Positions 26,320 to 38,993 of a DNA stretch of 64,000 bases are shown here, one piece after another (within the stretch, counting starts at the first letter, position 1; every line of letters begins with the position of its first letter). The notes below the pieces were generated by a model. It made no database searches and had not been told where the DNA came from. It saw only the letters and a list, made by a program, of their open reading frames with translations. The position numbers and the translations under genes were made by a program. The stretch comes from Octopus bimaculoides (lineage: Eukaryota), in the NCBI RefSeq assembly GCF_001194135.2, contig NC_068995.1:16296418-16360417 (forward strand), in the 5' to 3' direction.

Positions 26320-27230
26320 TCCCTAAATCAAAAACTACTTACCAACATGAAACTACCAGTTAAAATGAGTGGCTGATCCAATTGTGCAACTTGTGTAAAC
26401 CGTACTGAGCACACAATTTATAAATTTAAATAAGGACAAGTTTTTACTGTGAAAAAGCATTTTACTTGTTCTTCAAAAATTTTAATTTATGCCATCAGAT
26501 GCAATAGATGCAGTGAAGAGTACATTGGACAAACTAAACATACTTTAAGAATGAGATTAAATATTCATCATCAACAAATTCAGGATACTAACACAAGACA
26601 AATTCCACAACTGGATACATGCGCGAAAACTAAATCTCCCAAATTTCTTGTCTTCTCACTCTATCAATATGCAGACAATACTCTAGACCAACCAAGAAGT
26701 AATAAGAGAAGTTCATTTATTAAAAAACCCACGCTGAACAGGCTATAGAAACCATCAGCAATACGCGATTCTCTTTTTCCTATGAATTAATTATTGTAGA
26801 ATATCTACTTGAGCTCGTTCTTAAGAAAACCAGAATTCAGTTAGCAGGTACCATCTATCTTATTTAATCCACAACTCATTAACAAAGAAAGGATACGTTC
26901 TAAGATGTCCAATGGGTGGGAACTACCACTGACTGATGACAATATTCTTCGACAGAATAATGAACAATAATTATCTATAATACGTATGTAAAGAAGACTT
27001 ATTCATATCACTCTTTTCTAACTGTTATATCACATATTCAATGAAGAAAATCTTTCATATGATCTCGTGCGACTGTCACATGAACGTAAGAGATGAACGT
27101 TAACAATCAATTTGTACGTTTACGAATAGCGTTTTGTTTTTATAAACAACAGCCAGAATAGACGTTATTCGCGGCAGAACTCTGTACACTATACGCTTTT
27201 GAAAATCTAATGCGAAACCGGTCAAGTGTT
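26320..27230 (+). mobile_element. Penelope-like element 3' remnant with GIY-YIG endonuclease
   Basis: ORF 26449-26748 HFTCSSKILIYAIRCNRCSEEYIGQTKHTLRMRLNIH; upstream CATC Zn-binding remnant with stops; aligns along its length with the 20 kb copy. Confidence 0.9.
27193..27229 (+). ncRNA. Minimal hammerhead-ribozyme-like motif with U3:A8 core variant (stem II damaged)
   Basis: ACGCUU-UUGAAAA-UCUAAUGC-GAAA-CCGG-UC-AAGUGU. Stem I pairs 6/6 (one G.U), stem III is palindromic, triplet GUC; 10.1-11.1 is a U.C mismatch. Confidence 0.55.
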
Positions 27231-28180
27231 TTCCTGTATTTTAAAATATAATTAAATTGAAATTAATTCTAATATACTCTCCGTGCATTTTCAACTTCAT
27301 TTCTCATATTCGTCCACTACTTTGGATTAATAACAATTGATATATATATATNNNNNNNNNNNNNNNNNNNNNNNNNNNNNNNNNNNNNNNNNNNNNNNNN
27401 NNNNNNNNNNNNNNNNNNNNNNNNNNNNNNNNNNNNNNNNNNNNNNNNNNNNNNNNNNNNNNNNNNNNNNNNNNNNNNNNNNNNNNNNNNNNNNNNNNNN
27501 NNNNNNNNNNNNNNNNNNNNNNNNNNNNNNNNNNNNNNNNNNNNNNNNNNNNNNNNNNNNNNNNNNNNNNNNNNNNNNNNNNNNNNNNNNNNNNNNNNNN
27601 NNNNNNNNNNNNNNNNNNNNNNNNNNNNNNNNNNNNNNNNNNNNNNNNNNNNNNNNNNNNNNNNNNNNNNNNNNNNNNNNNNNNNNNNNNNNNNNNNNNN
27701 NNNNNNNNNNNNNNNNNNNNNNNNNNNNNNNNNNNNNNNNNNNNNNNNNNNNNNNNNNNNNNNNNNNGAAATAAATCTGTTTTATAAAAAGACAATAGCC
27801 GTCATTAGCTAATATTATCTTAAGTATTTTACCCAAAATGTCAGATAACATCTCACATATTTCGGTTCTATCTGATCTCAGAAAAGCATAGATGCCCGAT
27901 GCCCCCTGACCGACTTCAAGTAAGAGATTCACTAAGAAGTACAATAATCAATATCATAGACGAGTTGAAGGTGGTGAGCTGCCTGAACCGTTTACTCTTC
28001 GGGCAAAATGCTTAGCGGTATTTCACCCGTCTTTACATTCTGAGTTCAAATTCTGCCGAGGTCAAATTTCGTTCCGGGTCGATAAAATAAGCAATAGTTG
28101 AAACCACTATTATAGATGACTTGGTGTTAAAAGTTTAGAGAAATATTTAGAGAAAGAAATACTGACAGAAAATATTCATA

Positions 28181-28385
28181 TTTGGTGATGGTACGTTCAC
28201 AATCCCTTGCTACATATGATCTTTGGTGATGGTACGTTCACAATCCCTTGCTACATATGATCTTTGGTGATGGTACGTTCACAATCCCTTGCTACATATG
28301 ATCTTTGGTGATGGTACGTTCACAATCCCTTGCTACATATGATCTTTGGTGATGGTACGTTCACAATCCCTTGCTACATATGATC
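28181..28385. repeat. Perfect minisatellite, 5 x 41 bp
   Basis: Unit TTTGGTGATGGTACGTTCACAATCCCTTGCTACATATGATC starts at 28181, 28222, 28263, 28304 and 28345 with no mismatches. Confidence 0.97.
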
Positions 28386-28519
28386 TCTGATGATGTCACC
28401 TTCTTGCTGTATAACTAAAACGTGTATGAATGATACTCCATATTTGTACACTGAGTGGTATACGGCAGTTCAATTTAAAGGATTAGGCATCAGTTATAAA
28501 TTGCTTCTGCTGTTTACAG

Positions 28520-28830
28520 CACTGAACTATGTTTCTACGGTTCACGATCGTAAGGTCGTGGTTTCAATTTCCAGCGATGCGTTGTGTTCTTGAGCAAGAC
28601 ACTTTATTTCACGTTGCTCCAGTCCACTCAGCTGTCAAAAACGAGTAGTACCTGTATTTCAAAGGGCCAGCATTGTCGCACTATTTGACACACTGAATCT
28701 CCCTGAGAACTACCTTAAGGGTATGCGTGTCCGAGGAGTGCTCAGCCACTTGCACGTTAATTTCACGAGCAGGCTGTTCCGTTGATCGGATCAACTGGAA
28801 ACCATGTCATCCTAACCGACGAAGTGCCAG
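28520..28830 (+). mobile_element. SINE family A short variant (same 3' tail, lacks central segment)
   Basis: Shared tail GAGTGCTCAGCCACTTGCACGTTAATTTCACGAGCAGGCTGTTCCGTTGATCGG; related copies at ~16910-17230 (-), 13400-13500 (-), 24916-25075 (+) and 25985-26140 (+). Confidence 0.85.
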
Positions 28831-29047
28831 TAGAATACATTTATAGTTATACTAATTCAGTCATTGAATTTCTATTATTTTGACATGAATATTGTATCGT
28901 TCTAGTGAATATTGTATCCTCCTTCGGCTTGTTGTATCTATCGACTTTCTAAAGTTTGGTAACAAGAAGAATCGGGTTATGCTAGAGATCAAATGTAGCA
29001 ACTGAATATTTTCTACCTGGTCTAAGTGAAGCGGGGCTTACTGAAAG

Positions 29048-29425
29048 TTGTTGGCACTCCGTCGCTTACAAAGTCGAGGGTTGCAGTTGTACCGATCAAC
29101 GGAACAGCCTGCTCATGAAATTAACGTGCAAGTGGCTGAGCACTCCACAGACACGTGTACCCTTAACGTAGTTCTCGGGGATATTCAGCGTGACACAGTG
29201 TGACAAGGCTGACCCTTTGAATTACAGGCACAACAGAAACAGGAAGTAAGAGTGAGAGAAAGTTGTGGTGGAAGAGTACAGCAGGGTTCGCCACCATCCC
29301 CTGCCGGAGCCTCGTGGAGCTTTAGGTGTTTTCGCTCAATAAACACTCACAACGCCCGGTTTGGGAATCGAAACCACGATCCTATGACCGCGAGTCCGCT
29401 GCCCTAACCACTGGGCCATTGCGCC
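29048..29425 (-). mobile_element. SINE family A, full-length copy (head abuts gap)
   Basis: Reverse complement aligns along its length with 10451-10832. Confidence 0.92.
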
Positions 29426-29854
29426 NNNNNNNNNNNNNNNNNNNNNNNNNNNNNNNNNNNNNNNAATCTCTGTTACATCATATAAATAAATTAAAATGTC
29501 CTTCTACCTCGAGGCCTTTACATGCAAACAAGTATGGCTAGATTTAGAGATTTTCAGGAAGAAGGTTGGATTCTAGATTATTAGAGCAGAGTGGAGAATG
29601 ATTATAAGAGCAAAATGAAATGTAATGAAGACTTGTTTTTGTCTGGATTTTTAGAACTTTGCAACGTTTTGTGAAAATTTAACTTTGGGAAGAATGGGGC
29701 CTTCAATTTAAAAAATGAATTTTTATAAATAAAAATTCGTTACTGAAAGTGATGAGAAAGGGACAATTAAATCTGTCGATATTTTAAAATTAGAATCAAG
29801 CGGATTTTTCTTTTTTGTTTTATATCTAATTTCGTTCTCTCTTGTCTCGGCAGA

Positions 29855-29885
29855 ATTGGTCAAAGAACGTTAAATTTCACATGAC
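29855..29885 (+). promoter_or_regulatory. Candidate COG1 proximal promoter motifs: reverse CCAAT (ATTGG, 29855-29859) and E-box/M-box-like TCACATGAC (29877-29885)
   Basis: Motif matches 70-100 bp upstream of the candidate ATG; position only, no functional evidence. Confidence 0.3.
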
Positions 29886-29956
29886 TGTGAGAAATAAAGG
29901 GAAATAAGAATTACTTTAATTTTTCTTATTGCCTCCCTTGGAAGTCTGTACCAAGC

Positions 29957-29981
29957 ATGGCGTCGAAAAAGCAAGTCCAGA
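29957..29981 (+). CDS. COG1: COG1 candidate exon 1 (MASKKQVQ + 1 nt)
   Basis: AGCATGG start context and GTAAGT donor at 29982. The phase-1 end joins the 'AT' of exon 2 to give AAT (Asn) and keeps the frame. No homology support for so short a peptide; the alternative start is the in-frame ATG at 32712. Confidence 0.7.
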
Positions 29982-32094
29982 GTAAGTAAACATTATATTT
30001 ATACGCCTTTCGATATTATTTTCATCTCAGTCATTTTTAACACAACCTAGCATAATTCTTTTTATGCCATTACTGCTTTTATACCTAGTATATCTGTGTG
30101 TATCTCTGAAATCAGCTGACAACTTGTGTTGTGTTATGATTCGAATACGAGATTTGTGTAACACGTCATTAAGGAAAAAAGACGAACTCAGGAAGTTAAA
30201 GGAAATTACATTTTATTCATTAAATTAACTGTTTATTATATTATTTATTGTTGCTTAAATTTACTATGTTCCTAGTTATCGTTAACTATTAATCTTTTTG
30301 CAGTTTGTTTTGTTTTTCCGTGTCTGTTTGCTTTATCTTTTATGTTGAGTATCATGCCATCACATTTTGTCGGTCTTATGCCGACAACCGAAGAAAACAA
30401 TATTCCTGGATTACTCCAATTGTTATTTAAATCTCCCTCCTCTCTGTCAGCCCTGACTGAGTAGACAGGCCAACTATACCCAGAGCTATTGTTGCTGTGG
30501 GTCTCTTGGAAATTTTAGAGCTATCTAGAGTTGCACTGTCTAAAGTGTCCTAATTTTAAAGCCAATAGAGTGTGATTCGAAGTAGTTTGGGCTGCTATTT
30601 CTGGAAGGTGGAGTAACAGAGTAGAGTCTTTTGTTTTCCTTCTTGGCTTGTGTATTACTCTTCTATTTCTTTTATTATACAGTGGTGGTTTATGAAGTTA
30701 ATCACTGCCATAAGACTCACACTTATAAATACCACTCAAGCGGCCTATCTGCATTTATGATTTTTGCTTCTTGTTTGAACAATATAATAAATGTTGTCTC
30801 ATATCGAGTCTAATTATTGTCGTCGGTTGCTTAGCTATGCCGTTTGTCAATATTCACACGGGGACAGGCGCTGCCCACTATGGACGTTTTCAATCCTAGA
30901 CGAGTGAGGTCGATATCGTTGACAGTCACTGTATGTCGTCTAAATAACTGTGTCATCGATATGTCGGTGGTTGTGTTGTCGATGTTTTGAAGTTATGTTG
31001 TTTGTATGTTGATAGTTGTGTTGTCTGTTGGTTGTTATGCTGTTTGTATTCGTGGTCCTATCGTCTGCTTCGATTGTGATTTCGCCTATGTGCTTGTTGA
31101 TGATGTGTCGTGTCTGTTGATGTATTTTTCAGTTGTGTTGTCATTGTGTATGTGGATGGTTATGTCATTTGTGTGCTATATTGGCAATTGGGTCAGAATT
31201 CATATTAAGACATTTGATCCACAAATAACCCTATCTATCTACCTGTATTTAGGCCTCATCTCCTGACCATAACTATATGACTACAGCGATTTGTCCTGGG
31301 CCAAGGCACATAACTCTGTTTACCCCAGTTAGCTTGGCTGACAAAGGACCATTCTACTTCCTCTGATACTTCAGTATCCATAGCAGAACAACTGCTTGGC
31401 CATTAAGCAAGTATTCAAATTTTTGAATAACTTGTCATTATAAGATAGATATAAAGCTGTTAAGGTATTAATTAAAACTTTGGAAAATTAAATTAAAACT
31501 AGAAGAAAAACTGAAAGTAACAGAAACATTTTATTTACTTTTATTGCTTCATATTACTTTCATGGTGTTTTGTCATTGCCATGACATTATAGTGTCAGTG
31601 TCACATTATCATTGTGTCAACTCCCTGTTTTTTAGTGTGGTCTCATCATCATATCATAATTATGTCATATGTCATCCTCATGTTGTCAGCTTCATGTTGT
31701 TGACATGTAACAATGTCATCTTCACTTTTCCATGCTTACATGGGTCAAACAGACTTTGGTCAGGTAAATTTTCTATGGCCTGATGTCTTTCTTGTTGAGA
31801 ACTCTCACCTATTTCCAAGCAATATTTCCCATGACCAAGCTTGTTTCTCCCAAGGAAGACCAGATATGCTGTACAGATTACATGTTTTTGTTGCTTTTTT
31901 ACTTGTTTCTTGGAGACGAATATGAATGTAACCAATCGATACAACCGGGAACTAACAGTACAGTATAGTATGAACGTTATTACTGTTTTGCCAGGTGACG
32001 TAAATTAATACTGTATCTAATATTTATTTAATATTTTAGAAAGACTGATGTATCATCAGTAATGATGTAAGATGAAACGACTTAACCAGTGGTA

Positions 32095-32134
<40 letters not shown>

Positions 32135-32144
32135 NNNNNNNNNN

Positions 32145-32181
<37 letters not shown>

Positions 32182-33433
32182 CCTCCTAATGCTAACTACC
32201 TCACAGATAGAGAGGAGGAGGGAAGGGGTAGGACACATACACACACAGTATGCTTCTTTCAGTTTCTCTTTACCAAATCCACACACAAGGCTTTGGTCAG
32301 CCCAGAGCTACAAAATACACTTGCTCAAGGTGCTGCTTTGTGGGACTGAACTTGAGACTGAATGATTTGGTACAGCAATGCCAGTACCAACTGTGTCATC
32401 TTTATTTCATCTCCTCTTCATGTCATCATTATATGATTGTTTTCTCATCATCATATCTTTATCATGTCATCTGTATGTCTTTGATTTGTCCTTATGTCAT
32501 CACTCACTATCATCTCATTATAATCTAATGATCATGTGATTGTCATGTCATCTCGTCTTCACATCATCATGATATGATGACGCTCATTTCATCTTCATAT
32601 TACATTATACTATTGTAAAAATTGTATAATATCCTCATATTATTTTTATGGTATCATCATATTATCATTACACCTAATCTTATTGTATATTCAGATCTTC
32701 CCCTTCATGAAATGGATACAAATTTGATGTTTGAAAAATTCACAATTCAAGAAATACGTGAAATAGAGAAGAAGAATCGGTAAGTTTCTCGAGCTGACAC
32801 TGCATTATCCTTTCATTGTTTCTCTTAAAAGATCCTACCAGTTCACATTTCTTATAACCTTTCCATGTCATCTGCCATATCCAAAGCCTCCAAGTATGTC
32901 ACAAAGCCATCATGTTAACCAACATGTCTTTTGGTGTCATCATCCATGGTAATCATTGTTGAAGCAGTCTTCAGAGGGTTCTTTAGTGTACAAAATGAAA
33001 TACATTGATGACCATTGATGTCTTATACCATTAATAGTATAATGTTCTCTGCTATGATATAAAGTTTTCCTCTTACAAATATATAATGTCTTTCTTTTTT
33101 ACTTTGACTTTCAGACTGGATATAGAACGTAAGAAGGAAGAACTGCGTGTCATGGTTGGGTAAGCATTGCCTTATTTCTTCATTATATGTTGTTGCATAG
33201 CCCTGGGTCAGCTGTGACTGAGTGGATCTATGGTCCAAAATATTTTATCTTCGACCATCCGATGATTTTTTTATTTGCAAGCATAGTGTATCCAGGATTA
33301 CATTATCCAATGTGTAAGCACCATATAATAGGACAAAACTGTTGAATTTTAATTTATTTCATGATGTATGGGCATTTTTATCACACAACAGCAAGAAAAG
33401 CATTTTTCTGATGCTTTGATACTGCCTATATAT

Positions 33434-33466
<33 letters not shown>

Positions 33467-36400
33467 NNNNNNNNNNNNNNNNNNNNNNNNNNNNNNNNNN
33501 NNNNNNNNNNNNNNNNNNNNNNNNNNNNNNNNNNNNNNNNNNNNNNNNNNNNNNNNNNNNNNNNNNNNNNNNNNNNNNNNNNNNNNNNNNNNNNNNNNNN
33601 NNNNNNNNNNNNNNNNNNNNNNNNNNNNNNNNNNNNNNNNNNNNNNNNNNNNNNNNNNNNNNNNNNNNNNNNNNNNNNNNNNNNNNNNNNNNNNNNNNNN
33701 NNNNNNNNNNNNNNNNNNNNNNNNNNNNNNNNNNNNNNNNNNNNNNNNNNNNNNNNNNNNNNNNNNNNNNNNNNNNNNNNNNNNNNNNNNNNNNATATAA
33801 CCAATGCTAGCATGGAAAGCTGACGTTAAATGATGATATATATATTATCATCATCATCATTAACATACATTTTCCATGCTGGCATGGGTTGGATGGTTTG
33901 ACAGGAGCTGGCCAGCTGAAGAGCTGCCCTGGCTTCATAGCTGTCTTGGCATGATTTCTACAGCTAGATGCCCTTCCTAATGCCAACTACTTTACAAAGT
34001 GTATTGGGTGCTTCTATGCAGCACCAACAGAGGTGTGTTTATGTGGCATTGGTACAGGTGCACCAGCACTTATGAGCACACAAGATTAGGATTGCTCATA
34101 TATATTATATATATATAAATGCATGCAGAAATTATTAAGAGATTAATTAAAGAAAACATACAACTATCCTAAGATTACCCTCATACTGCATGTTAGCAAG
34201 GTCCTCTGAAAATCTTGCACCCTGAAAGTACCCATGAGCAATTCAGTGTTGGATCAAGCAAGAAACAGCTGTCTCCTTTCTCTGGTTTTCCAACCACTAG
34301 TATAATGGCCTCTGCTCCTTTAGGCAGGCTATGCTCATGTCACCCCTACTCATGTATTCTTGATTTTCTTAAACTTCTCATGTCCCGTTCTACCAGGCTC
34401 TGCACAAATCTCTCTCTGTTCCTTTCTTTTCAATGTTGGCTCATATCTTTTCTGGCAAGCGTTGACTTGCAGAGGTTCAAGAGGAATATTAATGGTGTCA
34501 ATCTTACAAGTCTAGGAGTCTTTGTATAGATCACAGACAATAGTATCTCTTTCTCCAGACCAAGCAAAAAGAATAAACAGTGATGGTAATTTTTTTTTTT
34601 TTTTTTTTTTTNNNNNNNNNNTTAACAAACAATAAGAAGTAAGACTTCATGTGTCTGACTTATGTTAAACAGCAAATGATTTTCTCTTTTATTTGCAGAG
34701 AAAGATACAGAGATTTAATTGAAGCTGCTGATACCATCACAGACATGAAGAAAAGTTCCCAGAATGTAAGTATTTTGTTGTTGTTTTTGTTATTGTATAA
34801 CTCCAGATCAACCGTGGTTGCACAGAGCTAGAATTAAAGCTGTTCAAACCATGGTCATTCAGAATCACATTTTACAATCTGTGATTTGAAGGAAATTTTG
34901 CTGCTATTTCTAGTGAGGTGAGTGACTCTATAGAGTCTCTCTCCCTTTTCTCCATTGGTTTGTGTAAACCTTTTGTTGGTTCCAGCTAAGCTAATTTTTG
35001 GTATTTCTGCATTAACAATTGCTGTGAGTTGAGACTGTTAGATTGCTACATCTAGGCTGAGAGATAATGTAGTCATGAATTATTGCAATTATTGCACATT
35101 TCATATAATTTTTACTTTATCCGAGATTGGCTCTGATTGAGCTGGAAGGCTTCCATATAATTGTCCAACTTGATATAAACAGCAGCCATACTGCCTGCAT
35201 ATCATACACTACAATCTTTAAAAAATAGATAGGCTGTCTGTGTGGTTCAGAAGCTTGCTTCACAACCATATGGTTCTGGGTTCAGTCATACCATGCAGAA
35301 CTTTGGACAAGTGTCTTCTACAATAGCCCCCAGCTTGACCAAAGCCTTGTGAGTGGATTTGGTAGATGGAAACTGAATGGAGACCATGGTATATGTATAG
35401 TATTTTCTATCTAAGTTAAGTGTAGATTGTATGATCCTTGTATACAAATTGTAATGTTGCTTGATTACAAATCATAGGCATTGAAGATGTTGGATTTGGG
35501 AAGGCGTGCATAAAAGTGAGCTGAGCATGCTTCACTGGTTGTGTAATGTTAGTACAAATGAATCATGCAGTACAAATTAACTGAGAGAAAAACCAGATGC
35601 AGTATGCAAGTGAGAAGACTAATCTGGTACAGACTTGTGTTGCAGTATGGCAGATGACATTGGGTGAGAATATGTCAAGCAGTCCAAGAAGAATTAAACC
35701 TGTGAAACAGAAAAACCCAACTTAGACATGGATGCTAGTCTAAGGATTGATAATGCAGTTGATTAAAAGGATCCCTCAAAGAATGAAATGTTGTGCTAGA
35801 GTAAATCCATCCCAACATGCAAACTTGGATAAAATAATGTAAAAATGCTGATGAATGGATTTTTGTAGAAAGTATTTTAAAATTTTGTTCTGTTATCCTT
35901 ACAGGTAATGAACTCAATCTCAAAAATTGAAGAACTCTGCAAACAATTAAAACAGAACCATCTTGCAAAAGGAACTTCTTACATCCATCGACCTTTAGCT
36001 GACAAAAGCAGGTCAGTTTTGTTAAGTTTTCGTCTGCAATATTAACTGTTATTGACAGTTAGCTGCATCACCTGCCTTTTATTATTTGTAATATGAATTT
36101 AAACGTTTTGATATGAGGATGGGCCAAAGTGAAATCTTGCATGAACTTTCCAGCTGACCTGTGTACAAACTCACTTGAAACTACCTTCTGTGGTTCTGCT
36201 ACAGACCCTTCTATTTAACGTGTTCATTCATAAATTAAATCCTTTTTGCTTTAATTTTATATAAGCACTTGTTGGTTTCAGCTAAGCTAATTTTTGGTGT
36301 TTCTGCATTAACAATTACTGTGAGTTGAGATTGTTAGATTGCTACATCTAGGCTGAATTATTGCAATAAGTGCACATTTCATATAATTTTTACTTTATCC

Positions 36401-36940
36401 CAGATTGGCTCTGATTGAATCAGAAGGCTTCCATATAATTGTCCAACTTGATATAAACAGCAGCCATGCTGGTGAATTATTTTCCAAACACCAGTTAATA
36501 AAGAAGAAAATTATAGTTGTTTTACTAAACGCCTAAAAGTTTTTGACTACTTTTTCAAAATTAAGTAAAACATTGCATTTCATTAGAAGTTCTATATTGA
36601 TAACATCTCTCTCTCTCACTTTCAGAAAACAAACAGAAAACCACTTCTACAGTGTAGCTTCACAAATCAAGTTGCTTCTTGATATGCCTGAAAAGGTTTG
36701 TACGATTCTAATGCTTTTATTCTTTTTCTTTTACTTGTTTCAGTCATTTGACTGTGGCCATGCTGGAGCACCACCTTGAAGGAGTTTAAGTTGAACGAAT
36801 TAACCCCAAGACTTATTTCTTAAGCCTAGTACTTATTCTATCAGTTTTCTTTTTTGCTGAACTGGTAAGTTTTGGCAGCGTAAACACACCAACACAGGTT
36901 GTCAATGGTGATGTGGTGGGACAGACACAAAGACACAAGT

Positions 36941-36986
<46 letters not shown>

Positions 36987-38951
36987 AAAATTCAGAAAAT
37001 GGAGATGTAGCATTAATATAATTTATTAACTGCAAAAATTCAACATATTCTCTTTCAGTTGTTTCGATTTTGGCCAAAGAGTTAAATTCCAGTAATTAAA
37101 ACATTTTATTGGGCAAAATCTTATCAGAGGAGTAGAAATGACATATCATTGGGTTATTAGATGCTTAAACTGGCCAGATCCAGCTTCTCACACTTATCCT
37201 ATAATGTCATTCTTAAAATAAACAATCACATCATTGAAATATCGAAGCCACAAGATAATAGATGATAAATTCAAAACAATGTGAATAAACAAATATTTCA
37301 TTCAACAGAATGATCTGACTATTAAAGGGTTAAAATCGCATGGATTTAGAAGTCGTGCCTCCTGAATTGAATAATTTTTAAAATATAAAACAACAGCTGG
37401 GAAGAGAATTAAAGTATTGGTAGGATTGATAGTGTATTGAACCTAATACACTGAGGTATTTAGCCACATCTCTTTACATTTATAGTGAAAATCCTATCCA
37501 AGTCAACTTTGCCTTTCATTCTTATTGGGTGGGGGTTGATAAAATAAATACAATTGAAAATATTGGTTTCAAATTTTGGTACAAGGCCATCAAGTCTGTG
37601 GGTAGGGGTAAGTCAATTACATCTACCCCACTACTCAACTGGTACTTATTTTATCAACTCTGAAAGGATGAAAGGTAAAATTGACCTTAGTGGAATTTGA
37701 ACTCAGAACATAAGGACAAATGAAGGATCTTTTTTAAAACGGGGGCCACATTTTTCATTAACGAAACACTTTGAAACTTGGAACACTGGTAGAATGTGTC
37801 ATATAAAACATCTTTTTCTCTTAGTCTTCTTAAAAAAAAAAGAAATCCATAAGTTATTCCATGTTAAAGTTGTCGTATTTCTGTAATTTCAACCAATCAC
37901 TGACGTCCATTCAGCTGATATACATTAAGTGCCGACTACATAAACAAACGATTCTGAAACAATTAACCCTAACCCTAACCCTAGGGTTAGGGTTAGGGTT
38001 AAAGCAAATTTAAAATGAAAAAAAAGCAAATAAAACGAAGGTATGGAGATTAAATACGCTTTACACCNNNNNNNNNNNNNNNNNNNNNNNNNNNNNNNNN
38101 NNNNNNNNNNNNNNNNNNNNNNNNNNNNNNNNNNNNNNNNNNNNNNNNNNNNNNNNNNNNNNNNNNNNNNNNNNNNNNNNNNNNNNNNNNNNNNNNNNNN
38201 NNNNNNNNNNNNNNNNNNNNNNNNNNNNNNNNNNNNNNNNNNNNNNNNNNNNNNNNNNNNNNNNNNNNNNNNNNNNNNNNNNNNNNNNNNNNNNNNNNNN
38301 NNNNNNNNNNNNNNNNNNNNNNNNNNNNNNNNNNNNNNNNNNNNNNNNNNNNNNNNNNNNNNNNNNNNNNNNNNNNNNNNNNNNNNNNNNNNNNNNNNNN
38401 NNNNNNNNNNNNNNNNNNNNNNNNNNNNNNNNNNNNNNNNNNNNNNNNNNNNNNNNNNNNNNNNNNNNNNNNNNNNNNNNNNNNNNNNNNNNNNNNNNNN
38501 NNNNNNNNNNNNNNNNNNNNNNNNNNNNNNNNNNNNNNNNNNNNNNNNNNNNNNNNNNNNNNNNNNNNNNNNNNNNNNNNNNNNNNNNNNNNNNNNNNNN
38601 NNNNNNNNNNNNNNNNNNNNNNNNNNNNNNNNNNNNNNNNNNNNNNNNNNNNNNNNNNNNNNNNNNNNNNNNNNNNNNNNNNNNNNNNNNNNNNNNNNNN
38701 NNNNNNNNNNNNNNNNNNNNNNNNNNNNNNNNNNNNNNNNNNNNNNNNNNNNNNNNNNNNNAACAAAAATTATTGTTTTTAACAAATACCCCCTCAAAGA
38801 CTAAATGAAACCAAAAACAAATAAAACTAACAAAAAGTATAAAAATATGTACTGCTGATGCCATACAGAAAGCAGAGCGTAGTGCAGTCCTCTGGCTTGC
38901 CAGCTCCTGGCAAGCCATCCAACCCATGCCAGCATGAAAAATGGACGTTAA

Positions 38952-38993
<42 letters not shown>

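Noticed and set aside
28181-28385. CRISPR-like array
   Set aside because: Units abut with no spacers, the context is eukaryotic, and there are no cas genes.
30870-30910. Minus-strand GAAAACGTC resembling a PLE/hammerhead 3' half
   Set aside because: No upstream core or stem I partner found.
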